NCBI GenBank assembly: GCA_037446215.1
Contig: JBBIJB010000064.1
Span: forward strand, 1 to 12,689
Length of the DNA: 12,689 nucleotides
DNA from: Armatimonadota bacterium
GTDB taxonomy: Bacteria; Sysuimicrobiota; Sysuimicrobiia; Sysuimicrobiales; Humicultoraceae
Direction of reading: 5' to 3'
Part shown: in pieces, positions 7,242 to 12,689 of the stretch
Layout: the number at the start of each line of letters is the position of its first letter
Numbering within the stretch: the stretch's first letter is position 1
Translations under genes and position numbers: made by a program
The notes under the pieces: generated by a model
Told to the model about the DNA's origin: nothing
Databases searched by the model: none
Seen by the model: the letters and a program-made list of their open reading frames with translations, nothing else

Positions 7242-8294
7242 GTGGCCGCCGGCGTGCGTGTCGATCCCACTGCCCTACGGGACTTCGCCGCCGCGGTCAT
7301 GACCGCGGCGGGCCTCCTGCCCGAGGACGCCGCGATCGTGGCGGACTCGCTTGTCTACGCGGATGGCCGCGACCTCTCCTCGCACGGGGTGGCCCGCCTG
7401 ACCATCTATGTCCGGAGGCTGGAGGCAGGGCTCGTTAACCCGAGGCCCCGGATGAGGTTCGTCTTGGAGGATGGGGCCACATCGCTCCTCCATGCGGACA
7501 ACGGGCCCGGGCAGGTGGCCGCGGCGCGCGCGATGGCAAGGGCGATCGAGAGCGCGCGGGCGTTCGGCATCGGCGCCTGCGCGGTAAGGGAAAGCAACCA
7601 CTGCGGCGCCATGGCCTACTACACCGAGATGGCCTCCGCCCGGGGGATGATCGGGCTGGCGCTGAGCAACGCGAACGTGACGATGGCTCCGTGGGGAGGC
7701 CGGAGCGCGGTGCTGGGCACGAATCCCATCAGCGCCGCGGCGCCCACCCGGGGCGAGGTGCCGTTCGTGCTGGACATGGCGACCAGCGCCGTGGCCCGGG
7801 GCAAGATCATCATGGCCGCGAAGAGCGGCGCCTCCATCCCCGAGGGCTGGGCGCTGGACTCCGAGGGCCGCCCCACGCGTGACGCCGAGGCCGCGCTGCG
7901 CGGCGTGATGCTGCCGGCGGGCGGACCGAAGGGCTACGGGCTGGCCGCCCTCGCCGACGTGCTCTGCGGCGTGCTGGCGGGCTCCGCGGTCGGCAGGGAG
8001 ATCGGAGCCCTCTACGACGATCTCACCCGGCCTCAGCGCTCAGGCCAGTTCATGGTCGCGATAGAGATCGGACGGTTCGCCGAGCCAGAGGTCTTCCTCG
8101 ATGGGATGGATCGGATGATCGGCGGCCTGAAGGCCTCTCTGCCGGCGAGCGGCTTCAGCGAGGTGATGGTGCCGGGAGAGCCCGAGGCCCGCGCTCAGAG
8201 GAGATCCGCGAGCGATGGAATCACGCTGCCGGAGGCGGTGTACAAGGAGTTGGCCGACCTGGCGGAGCGGCTCGGTGTGGGGGCCTCGATCTAG
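7242..8294 (+). CDS. Ldh_2 family (type 2 malate/L-lactate/L-sulfolactate/ureidoglycolate dehydrogenase) oxidoreductase
   Basis: Motifs SSHGVARL, DNGPGQ, SNHCGAMAYY, LGTNPI, LDMATS, GGPKGYGL and PGEPE. Start reassigned to GTG at 7242 (GGAG at 7230-7233, 2 nt after the tctA stop), giving 350 aa instead of the 6963 start in the ORF track. Confidence 0.92.
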   Translation: MAAGVRVDPTALRDFAAAVMTAAGLLPEDAAIVADSLVYADGRDLSSHGVARLTIYVRRLEAGLVNPRPRMRFVLEDGATSLLHADNGPGQVAAARAMARAIESARAFGIGACAVRESNHCGAMAYYTEMASARGMIGLALSNANVTMAPWGGRSAVLGTNPISAAAPTRGEVPFVLDMATSAVARGKIIMAAKSGASIPEGWALDSEGRPTRDAEAALRGVMLPAGGPKGYGLAALADVLCGVLAGSAVGREIGALYDDLTRPQRSGQFMVAIEIGRFAEPEVFLDGMDRMIGGLKASLPASGFSEVMVPGEPEARAQRRSASDGITLPEAVYKELADLAERLGVGASI

Positions 8295-9046
8295 AGCTTC
8301 TCGGCCACGAAGACGGCCGCCTCGGAGTCCATGGTGTAGGGATCTCCCTGGAGGCTTCCATACAGGGCGAGCAGGGCGAAGCCGGCCCTCTCCAGCATCG
8401 CCCGAACCTCGGCCGCGGTGAAGGCGCGGATCGACTGAGTCCACGCCTCCCGGCGGCCGTCCGGGAAGACGACCGTGTTCAGCCAGCTGAGGCGGCCGGC
8501 GATCGGGTCGAACTTCCAGTCCTCGATCTCGATGATCTCGTCGTCGCGCCTGTCCACGACGGTCGGCTGGAAGTTCCGGATCTCGTACTCGCGGTTCCAG
8601 AAGTCGATCAGCAGCCGGCCGCCGCGCCGCAGCACCCGGGCTACGCCCTCCAGCATCGCCTGGCTCTCGTCGTCGGTCGCGAAGTACCCAAACGAGAGGA
8701 ACATGTTGATCGCGGCATCGAACGGCCCGGCAAGCGGCAGTGCCCGCGCGTCGCCGACGGCGAAGACGGGCGCGAGCCCGCTCTCACGGGCGTGGCGGCA
8801 GGCCGCCCCGACCTGCATCTCGGAGATGTCCACTCCCGCGACCTCGAAGCCCCTCCTGGCGAGCTCCACGCTGTGGCGGCCGTACCCGCAGCACACGTCG
8901 AGGACCCGCGCCGGTGGGCGCACTTCCAGCAGGACCTGGAGGGCGTCAACCTGCGAGGAGGCGCGCTCGAGGTCGGAACGCCGGTAGAGATCGAGGAACG
9001 ACTGCCGGTCGAACACGTCGCGCCACCACTCGGTCCGCCTTGTCAC
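8291..9046 (-). CDS. Class I SAM-dependent methyltransferase, substrate unknown
   Basis: Motif I VLDVCCGYGRH, GVDIS, GDAR, FDAAINMFLSFGYF and VLRRGGRLLID. GTGA start/stop overlap with the upstream gene. Confidence 0.92.
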   Translation of the reverse strand: MTRRTEWWRDVFDRQSFLDLYRRSDLERASSQVDALQVLLEVRPPARVLDVCCGYGRHSVELARRGFEVAGVDISEMQVGAACRHARESGLAPVFAVGDARALPLAGPFDAAINMFLSFGYFATDDESQAMLEGVARVLRRGGRLLIDFWNREYEIRNFQPTVVDRRDDEIIEIEDWKFDPIAGRLSWLNTVVFPDGRREAWTQSIRAFTAAEVRAMLERAGFALLALYGSLQGDPYTMDSEAAVFVAEKL

Positions 9047-9321
9047 GGCTCGTCCCCTGGCTCTTCCGTCCCCTGCTCGAGCGAAGCGAGGAAGCCGGCC
9101 AGCAGCGCGCGCGCGGCGGCCTCGTGCTCCGGACGCACCAGGATGTCGGCGACGATACCTGCCTGGCCTCCGGCCATCGTCGCAACCCCGTAGCCCGGAT
9201 CGACGCGGGAGCGGACCATCACCGGGATCCCGGAGGCGTCGAGCACCTCGCGGATCGACATTGCCTCGAACTCGCTCGTGGCCTTGTGGATCGAGACCGC
9301 GTCATCGGGCTTGCGCATCAC
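9043..9321 (-). CDS. DUF2007-like small protein (putative signal-transducing protein)
   Basis: Pattern SEFEAMSIREVLDASGIPVMVR...ILVRPEHEAAARALL resembles DUF2007 from recall. Overlaps both neighbours (GTGATG at 9321-9316, so the start is GTG 9321 or ATG 9318). Confidence 0.78.
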   Translation of the reverse strand: MMRKPDDAVSIHKATSEFEAMSIREVLDASGIPVMVRSRVDPGYGVATMAGGQAGIVADILVRPEHEAAARALLAGFLASLEQGTEEPGDEP

Positions 9322-10196
9322 CCACCCCGCTCCCCCGTATCCCCGGCTTCCGCGGCGAGCCGGTACGCCTCTTTGGGCTTCATGCGGAAGGCGATCGCGA
9401 GTGCCGCGGCGGCATCGCGGCGCGAGAGGCCGGCCTCGAGGAGCCGCTCCAGGAACGCCTCGGCCGACTCTTCCCGGTCGGGATCTGCCGTCGAGGCGCC
9501 TGTCCCCTCTATCACCAGGGTGATCTCGCCGCGAGGCGCCTCGCCCAGCGCCTCCCTGACCTCGTCGGCGCTTCCCCGCAGGACCTCCTCGTGGACCTTG
9601 GTCAGCTCCCGCGCAAGGAGCATGCGCCGACCCCCGAACGCCCGCGCCATATCGACCAGGGCTTCGCGGATCCGGTGGGGAGCCTCAAAAGCCACAAGGG
9701 CCATCGGCAGCCGCGCCAGGGAGTCGAGCAGCCGCCTTCGCTCGCCCCGGCCCCTGGGCAGGAACCCCACGAACGCGAACCTCTCTGCCGGGAAGTCCGC
9801 GAGGGCCACGGCAGCCGTCACGGCGCTGGGGCCCGGGATGGGCACGACGGCGAACCCGCCGCGCGCGGCGGCCGCGGCCAGCGCAGCACCCGGGTCCGAG
9901 ACCGCGGGCATTCCCGCGTCCGAGGCGAGCGCCACGTCCTTGCCCTCCTCCAGCATCGCCAGTATCTGTGGGATCCTGGCGCGCTCGTTGTGCTCGTGGA
10001 GGCTCAGCGTCGCCTTCGAGATGCCGAGATGGGCGAGCAGCCCGCGCGTCCGCCGCGTGTCCTCGCACGCCACCGCATCCACCTCGCGCAGCGTCCGGAT
10101 CGCCCGAAGCGTGATGTCCTCCAGGTTTCCGATAGGCGTGGCCACCAGGTAGAGCGTGCCGGCTCCGCCGCGAGGGTCTCGAGGGTCGCTGCTCAT
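9318..10196 (-). CDS. rsmI: 16S rRNA (cytidine1402-2'-O)-methyltransferase
   Basis: LYLVATPIGNLEDITLRA, ACEDTRRT, SDAGMPAVSDPG, PIPGPSA, FVGFLP, FEAPHR, ARELTKVHEE and GEITLVI. Confidence 0.97.
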   Translation of the reverse strand: MSSDPRDPRGGAGTLYLVATPIGNLEDITLRAIRTLREVDAVACEDTRRTRGLLAHLGISKATLSLHEHNERARIPQILAMLEEGKDVALASDAGMPAVSDPGAALAAAAARGGFAVVPIPGPSAVTAAVALADFPAERFAFVGFLPRGRGERRRLLDSLARLPMALVAFEAPHRIREALVDMARAFGGRRMLLARELTKVHEEVLRGSADEVREALGEAPRGEITLVIEGTGASTADPDREESAEAFLERLLEAGLSRRDAAAALAIAFRMKPKEAYRLAAEAGDTGERGG

Positions 10197-10206
10197 CTCC
10201 CCAGCC

Positions 10207-12516
10207 TCACTTCTTCGTCTGTGCCGCCCCGGGCTCCCCTTTCCTCACCCCCGGCGCACCGTGCTCGCCGAGCCGCCTCAGGATCAGCAGCGCTGCCTGC
10301 TTGTCGAGCGGATCGTTCAGGTTGCCGCACTTAGGTGACTGGATGCAGCCGGGGCACCCCGCATCGCAGGGACAGCCCTCGACGACCTCGAGCGCGGCCG
10401 CGATCAGCGACTCGAACAGCAGGTATCCCTTCTCTGCGATCCCCACTCCCCCCGGGTATCCATCGTAGATGAAGACCGCCGGCCTCCCGGTGCTTGGGTG
10501 CGCGGGATACGCGACACCTCCCACATCCCATCTGTCGCACATCGCGAACAGGGGCAGCACGCCGATGGCGGCGTGCTCGACGGCGTGCACGCCGCCCGCG
10601 AGGTCGAGGCCGCGACCTCGCACCTCTTGCGCGAGCGCCTCCGGCAGCTCGATCCAGAGCGCGGAGGTCCGCAGCCTCTGCGGTGGGAGATCGAGCGGCT
10701 GCACATCGAGCACCGTGTCGGTGAAGAGCTGCTTGCGCGCGAATCCGGTGACGTGCGTCCAGACCTCAACCTCCCCGGTCCGCACCAGGGCCGCCCCCCA
10801 CGGCCTAGACGCATCGGCGTGCAGGATGTCTAGGTCGGTCTGGGAGCGGGCCTGGGTGTGATAGCCGACCGACGTCGGAGCGACGTGGGCTATCCGGGCC
10901 TCGAGATCGAGCGAGGCGACCAGGTAGGTCTCGCCCTGATGCAGGTAGACCGCGCCGGGGTGGACCTGCTCGAACGCGCGCGCCTCATCGACGGTGCCGA
11001 TCGTCCGGCGATCAGGGCCGACTATCAGGAACGTCGCGCCGGAGGCGCTGCGGATGTCCACCTCGTGGGCGGGGTAGCGGTTCCGCCCGGCCCAGTACCG
11101 GCGCGTCCGCCGCGCAATGAGATCCCCCGAAGCGACCATCAGTTGGACCAGGTCACGGGCCCCCCCTCCGAAGAGGGCGAGGTCCTCCTCGACGAGCGCC
11201 ACCTCGGCGGCCGCGCAGCGCAGGTGTCTCGCCAGGATGTAGGGGTTCTCGGGATCGATGATGGCGTGCTCGCACGGGCTCTCGAGGAGGTAGTCGGGAT
11301 GGCGCATCAGGTACTGGTCGAGCGCATCGTCCTGGGCGATCAGGACCGCGAGCGACTGCCCGCTGCCGCGCCCGGCCCTCCCGGCGCGCTGCCACGTCGA
11401 GGCTATCGTTCCGGGGAAGCCGACGAGGAGGGCGGCGTCGAGGCCTCCGATGTCCACGCCGAGCTCGAGAGCGCTCGTGGACACCACGCCCAGCAGGTCG
11501 CCGTCGAAGAGCCGGCGCTCTATCAGCCGCCGCTCCCGGGGCAGGTATCCCGCGCGGTAGGGGCTGATGCGGCCCGCGGCGTGCGGGGCCTCCCTCCGCA
11601 GGCGGTCGGCGGCATAGCGGGCGATGAGCTCGGTGACCTTCCTCGCCCTGGTGAACGCGATGGTCCGCACGCCGCGTCCCACCAGCTCCACAAACAGGTC
11701 GGTAGACTCCCCGATCGCGCTCTTTCGCCCCGCCGCGAACGGGGGGTTCCACAGCACGAACCATCGCGGCCCCGAAGGCGCGCCGCTCTCGTCCACTATC
11801 TCCACAGGCAGCCCCAGCAGCCGCTCGGCGAACTCGGCCGGATTCGCGACCGTGGCCGAGGTGCAGATGAAGGTGGGATCCGAGCCGTGCAGGGCGCAGA
11901 GGCGGCGCAGCCGGCGCAGCACGTTCGCGACATTGGAGCCGAACACGCCTCGGTAGGCGTGCACCTCGTCGAGAACCACGAACCTAAGACGCTGGAAGAA
12001 CTGCCTCCACCGGAAGTGCTGCGGGAGGATGCCGACGTGCAGCATGTCCGGGTTGGACAGCAGTATCCGCGCGCCCTCCCGCGCGGCGCGGCGCCCCCGG
12101 GGCGGCGTATCGCCGTCGTAGACGGCCGCTGGCACCTCGGGCAGGCCGAACGCCCCCAGCGCATCGAGCTGGTCCTGCGCCAGCGCCTTCGTCGGGAACA
12201 GGTACAGCGCGCGACCCTCCGGGTCGTCAAGCAGGGCATCGAGCACGGGCAGGTTATAGCACAGGGTCTTCCCGCTGGCGGTCGGGGTGACGACGGCGGT
12301 GTGTTGCCTTGCCCGCACGGCGGCGACGGCCGCGGCCTGATGCGCGTAGAGGCGGGCGATCCCCTGCGCGCGGAGCCAGTCCTGGAGCCGCGGGTGCAGC
12401 GCGCCGTCCAACTGCCCAAACCGCGCGCCGCGCGCGGGCACGTGGCGGGCGTGCGCTATCTGGTCCCTGTAACCCGGGCGTCCGCGAAGCCCGTCGATGA
12501 AGGCGTCGAAGTCCAT
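10207..12516 (-). CDS. SF2 DEAH-box helicase with C-terminal DUF1998 Zn-binding domain (MrfA/YprA/SftH/Hrq1 family)
   Basis: LYAHQ, TPTASGKT, PTKALAQDQ, DEVH, TSAT, STSALELGVDIG, QRAGRAGR; C-terminal HAVEHA, CDRWD, FIYDGYPGGVG and CPCDAGCPGC. ATG 12516 preferred over TTG 12525, which overlaps the putative -10 box. Confidence 0.95.
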   Translation of the reverse strand: MDFDAFIDGLRGRPGYRDQIAHARHVPARGARFGQLDGALHPRLQDWLRAQGIARLYAHQAAAVAAVRARQHTAVVTPTASGKTLCYNLPVLDALLDDPEGRALYLFPTKALAQDQLDALGAFGLPEVPAAVYDGDTPPRGRRAAREGARILLSNPDMLHVGILPQHFRWRQFFQRLRFVVLDEVHAYRGVFGSNVANVLRRLRRLCALHGSDPTFICTSATVANPAEFAERLLGLPVEIVDESGAPSGPRWFVLWNPPFAAGRKSAIGESTDLFVELVGRGVRTIAFTRARKVTELIARYAADRLRREAPHAAGRISPYRAGYLPRERRLIERRLFDGDLLGVVSTSALELGVDIGGLDAALLVGFPGTIASTWQRAGRAGRGSGQSLAVLIAQDDALDQYLMRHPDYLLESPCEHAIIDPENPYILARHLRCAAAEVALVEEDLALFGGGARDLVQLMVASGDLIARRTRRYWAGRNRYPAHEVDIRSASGATFLIVGPDRRTIGTVDEARAFEQVHPGAVYLHQGETYLVASLDLEARIAHVAPTSVGYHTQARSQTDLDILHADASRPWGAALVRTGEVEVWTHVTGFARKQLFTDTVLDVQPLDLPPQRLRTSALWIELPEALAQEVRGRGLDLAGGVHAVEHAAIGVLPLFAMCDRWDVGGVAYPAHPSTGRPAVFIYDGYPGGVGIAEKGYLLFESLIAAALEVVEGCPCDAGCPGCIQSPKCGNLNDPLDKQAALLILRRLGEHGAPGVRKGEPGAAQTKK

Positions 12517-12524
12517 CCGGGCCA

Positions 12525-12530
12525 AGTATA
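12525..12530 (-). promoter_or_regulatory. Putative -10 element for the helicase operon (possibly leaderless mRNA)
   Basis: TATACT on the minus strand, 8 nt before ATG 12516. No SD sequence and no convincing -35. Confidence 0.55.
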
Positions 12531-12552
12531 ACGCCTGGACGGGTTCGGCGCC

Positions 12553-12582
12553 TTGACAGCTTCCGACGCGCTTGGCTATGCT
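12553..12582 (+). promoter_or_regulatory. Sigma70/SigA promoter for tRNA-Leu
   Basis: TTGACA (12553-12558), 18-nt spacer, TATGCT (12577-12582), 53 nt upstream of the tRNA. Confidence 0.8.
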
Positions 12583-12635
12583 TGACGTGCCTCAGACGGC
12601 CGCATCAGGTGCGGCCGTCGCGTTGCAGAGCGGGC

Positions 12636-12689
12636 GCGGAAGTGGCGGAATTGGCAGACGCGCAGGCCTCAGGAGCCTGTGGGCCAAAA
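12636..12689 (+). tRNA. tRNA-Leu (anticodon CAG), truncated at the window edge
   Basis: GCGGAAG-TG-GCGGAATTGGCAGACGC-G-CAGGC-CTCAGGA-GCCTG-: Leu-type D-arm, perfect 5-bp anticodon stem, CAG at 12670-12672. The rest of the variable arm, the T-arm and the 3' end lie outside the window. Confidence 0.93.

Noticed and set aside
8291..12516. DUF1998 helicase plus methyltransferases as a DISARM/Druantia-like defence system
   Set aside because: DUF1998 is fused to a full MrfA-type helicase; one methyltransferase is RsmI and the other lacks DNA-MTase catalytic motifs (DPPY/NPPY or PC); no DrmA/C/D/E-like genes are present.
12636..12689. tRNA-Leu as an integration site bordering an island
   Set aside because: The window lies on the 5' side of the tRNA, and no integrase or duplicated tRNA fragment is visible; the 3' side is outside the window.
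1..12689. CRISPR arrays, IS elements, tandem repeat arrays
   Set aside because: No regularly spaced repeats, transposase motifs or terminal inverted repeats were seen by eye; almost all sequence is accounted for by genes and the T-box.

Overview
High-GC (roughly 70%) bacterial chromosomal segment, mostly housekeeping. The minus strand carries a DEAH/DUF1998 helicase (MrfA/SftH/Hrq1 type), then rsmI, a DUF2007-like protein and a class I SAM methyltransferase, all tightly coupled. Further on, a sulfide:quinone oxidoreductase-like flavoprotein precedes a sigma70 promoter and a complete Met (AUG) transcription-attenuating T-box riboswitch upstream of metG, tatD and an M48 peptidase that runs off the left edge. 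The plus strand carries a tctB-tctA-Ldh_2 dehydrogenase unit with no tctC, divergent from the SQR-like gene, and a tRNA-Leu(CAG) truncated at the right edge with its own promoter. The T-box, tRNA, promoters and M48 gene are absent from the ORF track and were read from the sequence. I see no mobile element, CRISPR array or defence system. The best candidates for something undescribed are the SQR / tctBA / Ldh_2 block separating rsmI from metG-tatD and the coupled helicase-rsmI-DUF2007-methyltransferase unit; both functional interpretations are inference only.
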